Positions 1 to 8,955 of a stretch of 64,000 bases of DNA are shown here, one piece after another (the stretch's first letter is position 1; each line of letters begins with the position of its first letter). The notes below the pieces were generated by a model that made no database searches, was not told where the DNA came from, and saw only the letters and a list, made by a program, of their open reading frames with translations. Position numbers and translations under genes: made by a program. The stretch lies in the sequence record OL615013. One strand, 5' to 3'. This DNA is from Shigella phage ChubbyThor.

Positions 1-518
1 AAGATCTCAACCGCGAACGGGATCTTGGCCTCGTTGGAGTTCATATGGTCATACTGCTCTGCCGCCATCTCCCAATAGATGTGGCCGAGGTATGAATCAA
101 ACCGGATCGCCAGGGCTTCCTGCAACAGGGTCGGGATGTTGTTCATCTCGTCCTTGCGCTTCTCATCCCCATAGATGTTGACGGCGGTCTTGATTGCGTT
201 ATGTACAGCCTTTTGCCGCGCCCAGGTCTCTGTTTCCTTCGCCAGCCACTCTTCATTGAAGGTGTTGTCGTTGATGTTCTCCAGGGCAGATACTGCCTGG
301 TCAAACACATATTCGTTCAGCTTTGTCCGTTCAAGAATGATAGACAGTGCTTCGATGGACGGGCGGGCATTGTACTCTGCGGCATAACTGTCAATCAGGC
401 CAAAGATAACCTTTTCGCCTTCGTTGTCAAAATAATCGGCTTTCAGGTACGGCAGGATCTTTCTTTGATAATCTTCATTGTAAATCAACTGTGAAAGCAC
501 GACAGATTCGAGTAACAT
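1..518 (-). CDS. 41: DnaB-like replicative helicase gp41, N-terminal portion (rest of gene lies beyond window start)
   Basis: Minus-strand frame from ATG at ~518 reads MLLESVVLSQLIYNEDYQRKILPYL... and ...DSYLGHIYWEMAAEQ, collinear with T4 gp41 N-terminus; open to position 1; absent from ORF track only because truncated. Confidence 0.7.
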   Translation of the reverse strand, partial: MLLESVVLSQLIYNEDYQRKILPYLKADYFDNEGEKVIFGLIDSYAAEYNARPSIEALSIILERTKLNEYVFDQAVSALENINDNTFNEEWLAKETETWARQKAVHNAIKTAVNIYGDEKRKDEMNNIPTLLQEALAIRFDSYLGHIYWEMAAEQYDHMNSNEAKIPFAVEI

Positions 519-524
519 TGGCAA

Positions 525-905
525 CTACCCCACCAAAAATTTATTGTATTCCTGAGCATTACGCTGCATGAGGGTTACAAGGATATCCCCTGTCACCTCA
601 GTGAACAAGTCATTTTCTTTCAAATTCACAAACATCAGACGTAATGGTTTCTTCAATATATCGGTCACGAAAGACAGGCGGGGTTCGCCGTCCACTTCGT
701 TGATGGCAACCTTGCCGAACCGGAATTGAACGCCACGGAATTTGCCAGAAGTGATCTTGATGATCGCCAGCTGATCAGCACCAGGGTCGATGATTGTGTA
801 GTTATTGGGGGAGTTGCCTCCCCCTCCGTTGTCACTCGGATGTGTTGATAACATGGTCCATTTGCTCCAGCATGTTCGCAGGCATAACAGTACCGTTAGA
901 AACAC
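525..905 (-). CDS. hypothetical protein; start uncertain (internal Met at ~854 or later)
   Basis: ORF track 126 aa; 5' part overlaps uvsX 3' end and contains a GC hairpin; no recognisable motif. Confidence 0.3.
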   Translation of the reverse strand: MFLTVLLCLRTCWSKWTMLSTHPSDNGGGGNSPNNYTIIDPGADQLAIIKITSGKFRGVQFRFGKVAINEVDGEPRLSFVTDILKKPLRLMFVNLKENDLFTEVTGDILVTLMQRNAQEYNKFLVG

Positions 906-1917
906 CGAACATCTTCTTCACGTCATCGGCGAAGTCGACATTCTCCAGCAGCGGATACCAGAAATCATCATCCATCTGACGCTTCTGATATTTCTTTTCC
1001 TTCTCAGGATCGAAGCCGCCCTTGGCTGTACGCACATACCAGCCGGAAGACGGCATATCAACGTAACCCAGAGCACGAGCGATCTCAAGCAGGCCGCTCC
1101 AGCGGTCAATACCACCGTCGTACAGCACCGTCACAGGGAGCTTGGCTTTCTCTTTGACATGGCGACCTTTCATGATGCCGATGTTGAAGTTCCAGCCCAG
1201 CAGATCTTTGTCTTCCTTCACCTGAGAACGGGTGATGAACCAGATCAGGTTAGACGACAGGAAGCCCTGCTTGCCGCCTTTGATGTTAGGCTCGGCATAG
1301 ACGTTGCCGATCTCGTCATAGTAGGAGTTGATCCACACCAGAACGAGTTCTTTGCTGTTGATTTCGGGAGTAATGACACGCCAGAAGCTGTTGAGGGCAC
1401 GGGCACGGGTCATATCCTGTGTATCTTTACCAGCGATAGCGTCTTCAACTTCTTTGGTAGACGGCAACTGGCTGATTGAGTCGATGAACACGATGACCTT
1501 GTCACCCTTCTTGACTTCCTGAAGGATTTGCAACAGGCGGATCTTGGTCTGCTCAACGTTGTCAATCGGCACGTACAGGACGCGATCCATGTCAATACCC
1601 ATAGACGTCCAGTAATCGGCGTTGGCACCTTTCTCAGAGTCCGCGAAGATACACAGGGCATCAGGGAACTTGTCCATATACGCCTTGACATCTACCAGAC
1701 CGAACATCGTTTTGAAGGTACGGGAATCACCCACCATCATCTTGATACCGGAGATCAGGCCGCCGTCAATACGCCCGGACCAGGCGATGTCGATCAGGGG
1801 AATACCAGTAGAACAGATGATAGACGGTTCCAGAGCGTCTGATTGGGACAGCACTGAAGCCTGGTCGTCATGTTTCTTGGCAACCTTCAGCATGCGGTCC
1901 ATTAATGAACTGGCCAT
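832..1917 (-). CDS. uvsX: UvsX RecA-like recombinase
   Basis: 361 aa; RecA-fold ATPase core (GIPLIDIAWSGRIDGG..., VIVFIDSISQL, acidic C-tail) collinear with T4 UvsX. Confidence 0.9.
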   Translation of the reverse strand: MASSLMDRMLKVAKKHDDQASVLSQSDALEPSIICSTGIPLIDIAWSGRIDGGLISGIKMMVGDSRTFKTMFGLVDVKAYMDKFPDALCIFADSEKGANADYWTSMGIDMDRVLYVPIDNVEQTKIRLLQILQEVKKGDKVIVFIDSISQLPSTKEVEDAIAGKDTQDMTRARALNSFWRVITPEINSKELVLVWINSYYDEIGNVYAEPNIKGGKQGFLSSNLIWFITRSQVKEDKDLLGWNFNIGIMKGRHVKEKAKLPVTVLYDGGIDRWSGLLEIARALGYVDMPSSGWYVRTAKGGFDPEKEKKYQKRQMDDDFWYPLLENVDFADDVKKMFGVSNGTVMPANMLEQMDHVINTSE

Positions 1918-2444
1918 TTCACTTCCTCTTTATTGTTGATCGTCGTTAATAATTCTACACCCATAACCTTCTGGGACAAAATGTTAATCGCCTCTTGGAT
2001 GCTCTTCAGAGACATCATCTCAACAGGCGACGGTGCATCATTATGTCGGTCGGTTAGGTACATATTGCGCAGATTGTTGTAGTTCGTGCGGTTGATGCAC
2101 GCAGCGTTCAGCGCAATATTCAGGATATACATCATCTGTTCAATGGTTACATCCTTCGGCATGGCGTGGATGTAATAGATCGAGCCTTCGAAGTAGACGT
2201 CCAGCAGTTCATCTGGTATCTCGACGCCACCACTGGCATACTCTTCGATCATCCTGAACAGAGACTCTGGTTGCTCGCTGGCGATCTTATGCGTGACAGT
2301 CGCCGAAAGACCATCACCCAGTTTAACAGGCCTGGTGTATTCAGTGATGAATACATTATGACCGCCGCCGATGATGTGCTCGGCGAAATTAGCGGATGCG
2401 TTCGCCGCGTTGTCTGCATGATATGAAACGACGACTGTAAACAT
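1902..2444 (-). CDS. hypothetical protein
   Basis: ORF track 180 aa; no recognisable motif; stop overlaps uvsX start. Confidence 0.45.
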   Translation of the reverse strand: MFTVVVSYHADNAANASANFAEHIIGGGHNVFITEYTRPVKLGDGLSATVTHKIASEQPESLFRMIEEYASGGVEIPDELLDVYFEGSIYYIHAMPKDVTIEQMMYILNIALNAACINRTNYNNLRNMYLTDRHNDAPSPVEMMSLKSIQEAINILSQKVMGVELLTTINNKEEVKWPVH

Positions 2445-2998
2445 TAGAACTCCAGGGTCAGAGGGGTTTCTGCGGACTTGTCGTAATCCGCGCCGCCAGC
2501 AGCACGCAGACGATTGCGATCGTTCTTGCGCTTGTGTGCCAGCATGTAAGTCTCAATATCGATCTCCATGTAAGAACACGCAGCCGACAGGAAGAACATG
2601 AGGGTCTCGACACAAGGTTCGTTCATGAACTGCCCAAGGCGATACGTCACACCGCGATGCCCAACAGCACCCAAAGCAGATGGGGTGAATTCGCGACCAC
2701 CGAGGATTTCGAATTCTTCTTCGATCTCGCCTTTGGTGCGGTCCATAAGGATGAAGCACAGCATGAAGTGTACCACGTCCACCAGTTCATAGACTGCGTT
2801 CGCATGGTCAAACCCGATGTCGTTGCCATAGACCTTCCAGTCGCGGCTGGTTTCGTCAAGGAACTCTGCCCATTCACGATAGATGGAGTTGATGACTGCG
2901 TTCTGACTCCATACATTCTTCCACTCTTCCCCAAAGTAGGCCACGTTGGTGGCCTTTTGGAGTTCGAGCAGGCTTTTGATATGCCCTGCTGTGATCAT
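2444..2998 (-). CDS. 56: dNTP pyrophosphatase, all-alpha NTP-PPase family (T4 gp56 dCTPase/dUTPase-like)
   Basis: 184 aa; ELVDVVHFMLCFIL matches the ELVDIFHFVLNMF core of T4 gp56; EEW/REWAEF acidic helices typical of MazG/dimeric-dUTPase fold; 4-nt overlap with next gene. Confidence 0.6.
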   Translation of the reverse strand: MITAGHIKSLLELQKATNVAYFGEEWKNVWSQNAVINSIYREWAEFLDETSRDWKVYGNDIGFDHANAVYELVDVVHFMLCFILMDRTKGEIEEEFEILGGREFTPSALGAVGHRGVTYRLGQFMNEPCVETLMFFLSAACSYMEIDIETYMLAHKRKNDRNRLRAAGGADYDKSAETPLTLEF

Positions 2999-3564
2999 TT
3001 ACGTTCTCCGTAGAATTTAACGAACGGTGCCCAACCATCAAATGGATTGAGGAATTCGTAGTCCACTTTCATCTCGTCAATGAAAGCCTCTATATCGTCC
3101 TCTATGATACCAGCGCGGTCGGCCTTTGAAATGCGGGTGATAGGACATTTCGTACTCAGCGCCCATTCATATTCCTGAGGGGTGCGCAGATCGCTCACGA
3201 TATAATGTACATGAGGGTTCTGCTCCACCAAAGGAAGCTGGAAGCGCTTGAAGAATGCCAGGAACAGATCGGGCTGCACGTAACGCAAGCCCGTATCGCT
3301 GCCGAGATGGAGCCAGATCTGCCTTGGGGTTAAGCCCTTGGGGTTATCAGGGTGGACGTAAGGAACGTCCTTCACGGCATCCTCTACCTCCGCTGGCAGC
3401 CACGGGTAGATGTAATTGGCAACCCGGCGCAGTTCGTCTGAGAACGAAAGGCGCTGGATATCCATATCACCCTGTAGATGGTGATAGCTGATGAGGGACT
3501 CCAAACAGAAGTCCTTACCGGAGCGCTTGCGCCCCGTAAAGAATTCAAGGTTCGGGTACATCAT
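2995..3564 (-). CDS. 1: deoxynucleoside monophosphate kinase (T4 gp1-like)
   Basis: 189 aa; N-terminal FFTGRKRSGKDF is the GxKRSGKD P-loop of T4 dNMP kinase. Confidence 0.7.
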   Translation of the reverse strand: MMYPNLEFFTGRKRSGKDFCLESLISYHHLQGDMDIQRLSFSDELRRVANYIYPWLPAEVEDAVKDVPYVHPDNPKGLTPRQIWLHLGSDTGLRYVQPDLFLAFFKRFQLPLVEQNPHVHYIVSDLRTPQEYEWALSTKCPITRISKADRAGIIEDDIEAFIDEMKVDYEFLNPFDGWAPFVKFYGERK

Positions 3565-4610
3565 ACCACACCTTCCAGGAACTTAGGATCAACGATCTTG
3601 CGGTCAACTGGAGAATGGGTGAGCGCAATGTTCAAACCATGATCCTGAATCCGGTTCATGTTGATGAGCTTATCGTTCAGTTTGCAGTACAGGCAGTATG
3701 CCATTTGCATGATCAAGCCACGATCAGCATCATATTCCTTCAGGTGGGCGACCACAGTTTCCCACGGGCTACCGATATCACAGTGATGAAGCACACCAGT
3801 GAACAGATTGCGGATATGGTTCTGGTTGGTCACGTTCTTGAAGTGAATCATGGAGTTGATGAACCCAGCTTCTACTTTGGTGTCCTTCGTGATCTTGCCC
3901 AGCTGCTTCTGGCTGACTTCATTGTTATAGTAATGAAGATTGTTAGAGAAGAGCTTGTACTGGCCGACATCAACATCCAGCACCTGAGCAATCACTTCCT
4001 GAAGAATAGAGAACTCAATGAAGTTGATTGAACTCATACCCCACAGAACATCCTGTGAGCGGTTGATGACCGTCAGGTTCAGACGACCTTCAACGATGGC
4101 GAACAACAGAGCCAGGTTACACACCATGTCTTTAGTCTTCGCTTCGCCGCTCTCGCTGAACTTCGCCAGACCAGCATCTGAATCTAGAGCCGGATCATAG
4201 ATGGTGAGGTACGCCTGACGGGTGTTTGGGTTCTTGCGCAGACGGTTGATGACGCTATCCAGCTGGCCATGGGCGTACAGACGCGGACCATAAGCGGCTC
4301 GCCATGTGTGGCCGTTGTCGGAAAAGTTGGCGGCGCGGGGCAACACGCGGGACAGGAAGCGAACGTCATCGCGCCCGGACAGAACCCAGAAGGTCTCGCC
4401 GATGGCAGCGATAGCCGATGAGTTACGGCCTTCAACGGAAAGCCAGCGGTCACGGATGTCACTGACGGTGATAGTCACACCATCAAGGAATCGGGTGCCG
4501 TCCGTGTTGATCTCCGCATTACCAGGATCAGATTCAATTCCGTATTCGCGGATAGCCAAGACAGCCTGCTTCAGCATGTCATTGTTGTTAATTGCTTTGA
4601 TTTCCATCAA
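3561..4610 (-). CDS. thymidylate-synthase-family deoxypyrimidylate C5-hydroxymethylase/methylase (dUMP- or dCMP-modifying)
   Basis: 349 aa; TS core blocks recognisable: RQAYLTIYDP (cf. RRIIVSAWNV), DMVCNLALLF (catalytic Cys region), RSQDVLWGMSSINF (cf. RSCDVFLGLPFNIA), NNLHYY (cf. GDTHLY); ~100-aa N-terminal extension. Confidence 0.75.
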   Translation of the reverse strand: MMEIKAINNNDMLKQAVLAIREYGIESDPGNAEINTDGTRFLDGVTITVSDIRDRWLSVEGRNSSAIAAIGETFWVLSGRDDVRFLSRVLPRAANFSDNGHTWRAAYGPRLYAHGQLDSVINRLRKNPNTRQAYLTIYDPALDSDAGLAKFSESGEAKTKDMVCNLALLFAIVEGRLNLTVINRSQDVLWGMSSINFIEFSILQEVIAQVLDVDVGQYKLFSNNLHYYNNEVSQKQLGKITKDTKVEAGFINSMIHFKNVTNQNHIRNLFTGVLHHCDIGSPWETVVAHLKEYDADRGLIMQMAYCLYCKLNDKLINMNRIQDHGLNIALTHSPVDRKIVDPKFLEGVV

Positions 4611-5281
4611 TCAATACTCCCAAAATCACGACAGAGGAATGCCATTACAGCCTGGTCTACTGTTAGACCGTGAGACTTCATCATACCTGCGGCCACCGTA
4701 GGGAACAAGCCTTTATGGCGCTGGCGATGGTCTTGAACACGCTCCCACTTCTCTACCACGAGGCTCTCATTGAAGTCCGCACCGCCGTTACGTGATTTAA
4801 CACGGGCTATGCAGGTTTCAAGAGGGGTGTCCATGAAGAGAACAACCAGTTCGCGCGGTGGGCGCGTCAGGCGGGGGATCCAGGAACTCAGTAGAGTTGA
4901 AGGGATGATGCCTTCGAAGATCACATCGTATACCTGATATTCAGGTAGATCAGCGATGCTCAGGGCGAATAGCATTTGTTCGGTATCCTTCAGGGAATCA
5001 ACCCCCTTGGACTTTGACTTGTCATATTTGCCGATACACACCACGTTGAATGACGGGCAGACCGTCAACATAATCTTGCCATCATGCGTCACAACATACG
5101 CCTGAGGATCCCTCTCCGCCAGCTGAGACGGTACGGTGGATTTGCCGCTACCATTGGATCCTTTGACGTAATAGAGTTGCCCTCGTGCTGGGTAGATCCC
5201 CTTTACGACAGGCGGTTTAATGAATGTGTGGACGGGGCGCTTGAGCAACCCCTTGAGGGAGTAGGACATAGACTGCTCCAA
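4607..5281 (-). CDS. P-loop kinase, polynucleotide-kinase-like; candidate modified-base (5-hmdU) DNA kinase
   Basis: 224 aa; Walker A YYVKGSNGSGKST resembles T4 PseT kinase domain P-loop; basic lid region ARVKSRNGG; overlaps TS-family gene by 4 nt. Confidence 0.5.
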   Translation of the reverse strand: MEQSMSYSLKGLLKRPVHTFIKPPVVKGIYPARGQLYYVKGSNGSGKSTVPSQLAERDPQAYVVTHDGKIMLTVCPSFNVVCIGKYDKSKSKGVDSLKDTEQMLFALSIADLPEYQVYDVIFEGIIPSTLLSSWIPRLTRPPRELVVLFMDTPLETCIARVKSRNGGADFNESLVVEKWERVQDHRQRHKGLFPTVAAGMMKSHGLTVDQAVMAFLCRDFGSID

Positions 5282-5287
5282 TAAACA

Positions 5288-5318
5288 AAAGGAGCTGCTA
5301 TTATAGCAGCCCCTTCAT
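5288..5318 (-). terminator. intrinsic terminator hairpin (GCUGCUAUAAUAGCAGC) followed by U-run on minus-strand RNA
   Basis: Perfect 7-bp palindrome gctgcta-tta-tagcagc between stop of 5344..6210 gene and kinase start; U-tract on minus strand. Confidence 0.55.
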
Positions 5319-5343
5319 CTATTGAACAGCTTCTGAACTTAAA

Positions 5344-6210
5344 TTACGCGGCAGCTTTCGCTTCGGCCAGCGCCTGAGGCAACCAGGCGTTGATTGCTTT
5401 GACCAGAGACTCGGCATCGGCCTCTTTGATCTTCTGGCGTTTGGTGAAGGACTTGCCGTTCACGTACAGACTGAAGCCCCAGCCACCGGAAACGATAGGC
5501 GCGACGTCAACGTATGTGTTGGTGCGGGCATGCAGGTTTTCAGGGTTGGCCAGTTCGGTGACCGGGAACTGGAACCAGCGCATGTCTGGGTTCACGTAGC
5601 TCAGGAACACACCTGGGACAACTCCTGCTTCAATCGCAGCCAAGACCGGACCGTGGTTAGAAGCGCGAGCCGCGTCAACCATTTCTTCACGTTTGGTATG
5701 ACGGCGTTTACGCTCTTCCAGCGCCGCCTGCGGGGTCAGGGTCTTACCCTTCGCCGCTTCTTTCAGCATAGAAGACGCCAGGGAACCCACTTTCGCGTCG
5801 GACGGCTGATTACCTTCTTCCAGCGCTGCGTTGACTGCGTCTTTAACCGCGTCTACCGGGGCGTCGGACACTGGGGCTTCACCTGCGTCGGCGTTACCAG
5901 CACCAGCGGTTGCGTCGGCGGAGATCGGCGCTTCAGCAACAACGGTTTCAGCGTCTTTCAGGGATACTTCAGCGTGGGCTTGCTCTTGGGCTTGCGCCAG
6001 AGCCTGCTGAGTTTCTTCCTTCTCTTCAGCGCTCAGACCTTCAATCAGTTCGAATCCGTTGGCGGACTGAAGAACGCCTTCCACCATACGGCGCAGGGTA
6101 ACGTTGCCGATCATCAGGCCTGCTTCTTTGATTTCAGCCTGGATAGCCGTAACGTCTTTGCCTTCAATTTCAATTTTGGTTCCAGAATCTACATGAAGAA
6201 TATATGACAT
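5344..6210 (-). CDS. Ala/Glu-rich low-complexity protein, function unknown
   Basis: ORF track 5344..6312; likely true start MSYILHVDSG at ~6210 (upstream codons are leader); own promoter and terminator. Confidence 0.5.
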   Translation of the reverse strand: MSYILHVDSGTKIEIEGKDVTAIQAEIKEAGLMIGNVTLRRMVEGVLQSANGFELIEGLSAEEKEETQQALAQAQEQAHAEVSLKDAETVVAEAPISADATAGAGNADAGEAPVSDAPVDAVKDAVNAALEEGNQPSDAKVGSLASSMLKEAAKGKTLTPQAALEERKRRHTKREEMVDAARASNHGPVLAAIEAGVVPGVFLSYVNPDMRWFQFPVTELANPENLHARTNTYVDVAPIVSGGWGFSLYVNGKSFTKRQKIKEADAESLVKAINAWLPQALAEAKAAA

Positions 6211-6280
6211 AATAAAAACCCTTTCGTTATTAAGACCGTCTTCGCGGCATATTGCTGTTCTGACCGTGTAGTGAGAACAT

Positions 6281-6309
6281 AATATACTGCATTTTTCATA
6301 AATGTAAAC
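6281..6309 (-). promoter_or_regulatory. T4-type early (sigma70) promoter: GTTTAC-17 nt-TATATT
   Basis: Minus-strand reading GTTTACatttatgaaaaatgcagTATATT with A/T-rich UP-like tract upstream; ~70 nt 5' of the 6210 start. Confidence 0.55.
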
Positions 6310-6422
6310 CACTTTTTATTGAAAAGAAGTTTACACCTTAGTGTTAAACCGCGCCCAGCCAAGCGGAGCGCGAACTTGCGTGAATATTAACTTTCAACGT
6401 CAGTATTGAAAACAAGTTTCAG

Positions 6423-7166
6423 TCACTTGTTCAGCAAGTAGAAGTTGGGGATGTCTTCTGAATATTCAGCTGGCGTGAACTCCAGTTTCACTTTGGCTTC
6501 GACGTTTTCCCGAACTTTGCGAATAACTTCTTCCCTTTGTTCAGTGGCCATGACTTCTTCAATCGCGCCGTACAGAGTTTCAACAATCACGCTGATGTAA
6601 TTGTGAATCGCCCGACAGGTGTTCTGGTCATATTCCATGTCTGGGTCAATCTTCAGTTCAACCTGATCACGCCCAACCAGCAAATGCCCGTTAGACACAT
6701 TCACGGTGTGCTTGAACACATCACTCGCTTTCATGGACACGCCATCAGCCTGCGCCAGGTAAAACTCAGTCTTGGAGAACTGCTCCAGAACATCGGCAGG
6801 GAAATCGATTTGAATATCACTACGGTGGCGGCCAAGGTAATACAAGCAATGTGAAAGTCTGAGACACGCTTCTTGTGCCATCTTCACATGGGATTTTGCG
6901 TGTTCGTATCCAGCCAAGACATCACGCAAAAAGTCTGCGATTTCCTGGCTCCCATACTTGACCTGATCTTCTAAATCCAAGGCAGTAGGGCTATCCCACT
7001 CAACGCCCAAGACATCCAAGATGTTTTGTTCACGGACAGATTTACCCTGACGATTAAACCCCAGAGTGCACCCCACTTCAAACCCGGTTGGTTCAAAGGT
7101 GGTCAGTTTCACATCAAGACGAGCTGGAGTGAAATCTAGCCCGAACAGACGATAAATTTGTGACAT
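6423..7166 (-). CDS. hypothetical protein
   Basis: ORF track 247 aa; no recognisable motif. Confidence 0.45.
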   Translation of the reverse strand: MSQIYRLFGLDFTPARLDVKLTTFEPTGFEVGCTLGFNRQGKSVREQNILDVLGVEWDSPTALDLEDQVKYGSQEIADFLRDVLAGYEHAKSHVKMAQEACLRLSHCLYYLGRHRSDIQIDFPADVLEQFSKTEFYLAQADGVSMKASDVFKHTVNVSNGHLLVGRDQVELKIDPDMEYDQNTCRAIHNYISVIVETLYGAIEEVMATEQREEVIRKVRENVEAKVKLEFTPAEYSEDIPNFYLLNK

Positions 7167-7228
7167 GTTATAGCCTCATTGTTTAGGATTACCCGTTCAT
7201 GAATTATCCCTCGGAACGGGTTATAGAA

Positions 7229-7933
7229 CTATTTCTTCTTATGCATCCGACGCGCATCTTTCCAAACAGACATCTGACTCTGTTTCTGGAAGCGAGCGGT
7301 GCGCATGAAGAGGACGATCTCCCAGTACTGTGGCTCGATCTCATAGAGCTGAGTGCGGAAGCGGTCGGCGCGGTACAGCTTCACACAGTGATTGTACAGC
7401 GGGTGGTTGGCAAACCGCTTCAGAGCATCCCAAGTGAGCTTCAGACGCGTCTTTGAGCGGTACGCCCGTTCGTTGCGCAACTTGATGAGATCTTCGAACA
7501 CTAACAGCCTGAGCTTCGGTGGGAGGTAATGCATGTTCAGTCCCCAGAGGTATGTCACGCCCTTCTCTCCAAAGGTGATTCCATCACCCTTGGCAAAGTT
7601 GAAGAAGAACACCAGAGGATACATATCCCAGTACGGCAGTTCGTCCTTCGTCAGAGCATCGTATTTGAAATAGAACATGCGCCCGACCATATACCGCACA
7701 CCCTGTACGGGACGCTTGTGATCAGCGAACGCCTGTTTCATATGGTTGGGAGTCAGGTTGGCGTCCTTAGACACACGCTCCATGAACCACACATGCGAAC
7801 GGCGGATGTTGCGCTTCGCCTCTGGACCGAAGTGTTGGCGGTACTTTCGGATGTATCGCTTGACGAGTTCAGGGGCGTCCATCTCGGCCGGAAACAGCAA
7901 CGGATCTTCTTCGCCAGCTGCATTCTTTGCCAT
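7229..7933 (-). CDS. hypothetical basic protein
   Basis: ORF track 234 aa; Lys/Arg-rich C-terminus; no recognisable motif. Confidence 0.45.
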   Translation of the reverse strand: MAKNAAGEEDPLLFPAEMDAPELVKRYIRKYRQHFGPEAKRNIRRSHVWFMERVSKDANLTPNHMKQAFADHKRPVQGVRYMVGRMFYFKYDALTKDELPYWDMYPLVFFFNFAKGDGITFGEKGVTYLWGLNMHYLPPKLRLLVFEDLIKLRNERAYRSKTRLKLTWDALKRFANHPLYNHCVKLYRADRFRTQLYEIEPQYWEIVLFMRTARFQKQSQMSVWKDARRMHKKK

Positions 7934-7944
7934 TTGTCAACTCC

Positions 7945-7952
7945 TATAAATA
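7945..7952 (+). promoter_or_regulatory. T4-type late promoter TATAAATA
   Basis: Exact TATAAATA ~35 nt upstream of the GTG start at 7987; the window encodes gp55. Confidence 0.6.
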
Positions 7953-7986
7953 ACAACAGTTATCTTATTTAAGTGGAGTCCTCACC

Positions 7987-8931
7987 GTGGAAGACTATCG
8001 CAATTTTATCACACAGATGTTACAGCGGGGCTTGTCACGCAAGAACCGCTTCAGAGTGACCATCCCTCTGCCACCAGGGATCTTTGACTCCAATGCCACT
8101 CTGGCTAATGACGGAAAGGCGTACAGCACCAATTCATCTTTCGGTGACTTGTTTAAGCAGTCAGCCCGTATTGTAAACGCTTTCTTTGGAGGGACAAACC
8201 AGACTTCCCGTTCCCTTCAGATGATGTGTATGGTTGCCTCATTGCCGGGGGTTGGTATTGACACCACCCCAATGACGAACAACGGCAACCACATCAAGAT
8301 GCCGAACAACAAGTCCAACGTCGACCTCGACCTGTCATTCTTGTTGGCTAATGACTATTACGAGAAGTCTGTGATGGACAAGTGGAAGAGTCTGATCTTT
8401 GATCCATACACTACCAAGATGGGCTATTACGAAGACTTCGTCACCGACATCTGCATTGAGCAACTTGATACTGAAGATCAGGTGGTCCACCGCGTCTACA
8501 TCGTCGAGGCTCATCCGATCAACTTCAGTTCCATCGAGTTGGACAAAGGTGCTACAGATCAGTTCAACCAATACAACATCTCTTTCTCTTACAACAAAGT
8601 GCTATCGGAGACAGAATATGAAACACGCAGCCTTTCCAGCGATTTTCTTCCTCTCGGTATTGCTGACGCTCTTACCAGTGGTGACTGGGAAACTGCGGCC
8701 TCAAAAGCCGGACAGCTTTATCGGAAAGTCAAAGAAGGAAACTTCACAGGAGAGGCTCTCCTGGCTTACAAACAGCTTGACCAACTTGTAAACAACCTGG
8801 CTGGGATCAGCCTACAGGACTTCGAGCGCATCTCGGTGGGTATCTCTCGTGACATCATGGGCAACGATAACCTGACGGCGGCGGAGAAGACAAGCCTGTT
8901 GGGGATATTGCAAGATGTGATGGGCAAATAA
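7987..8931 (+). CDS. virion structural protein, tail-tube-family baseplate protein (gp48/gp54-like), late gene
   Basis: 314 aa; N-terminal NRFRVTIPLPPG resembles the opening beta-strand motif of T4 tail-tube family; late promoter upstream; plus-strand island. Confidence 0.4.
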   Translation: MEDYRNFITQMLQRGLSRKNRFRVTIPLPPGIFDSNATLANDGKAYSTNSSFGDLFKQSARIVNAFFGGTNQTSRSLQMMCMVASLPGVGIDTTPMTNNGNHIKMPNNKSNVDLDLSFLLANDYYEKSVMDKWKSLIFDPYTTKMGYYEDFVTDICIEQLDTEDQVVHRVYIVEAHPINFSSIELDKGATDQFNQYNISFSYNKVLSETEYETRSLSSDFLPLGIADALTSGDWETAASKAGQLYRKVKEGNFTGEALLAYKQLDQLVNNLAGISLQDFERISVGISRDIMGNDNLTAAEKTSLLGILQDVMGK

Positions 8932-8955
8932 AAAGCCCTCCGAAGAGGGCTTTTT
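8932..8955. terminator. bidirectional intrinsic terminator (aaaAGCCCTCcgaaGAGGGCTttttt)
   Basis: 9-bp GC stem with A-run 5' and T-run 3', between convergent genes ending at 8931 (+) and 8958 (-). Confidence 0.75.

Noticed and set aside
805-1479. Long plus-strand ORFs antisense to minus-strand genes (e.g. 805..1479, 5530..6207, 9069..9710, 19877..20560, 33546..34862, 47792..49021, 50299..51474, 55448..56101, 62243..63151)
   Set aside because: Each lies entirely within a minus-strand gene with a clear homology-type signature (UvsX, gp32, NrdA, gp46, vWA protein, Nampt-like, UvsW); their translations are low-complexity with no motifs, typical of shadow ORFs.
7229-7933. T4 gp2 (DNA end protector) or gp4 identity for the 234-aa basic protein; rIIA/rIIB identity for 54137..56155 and 57564..58445
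   Set aside because: No sequence block could be matched from memory to these T4 proteins; the positional argument alone is insufficient.
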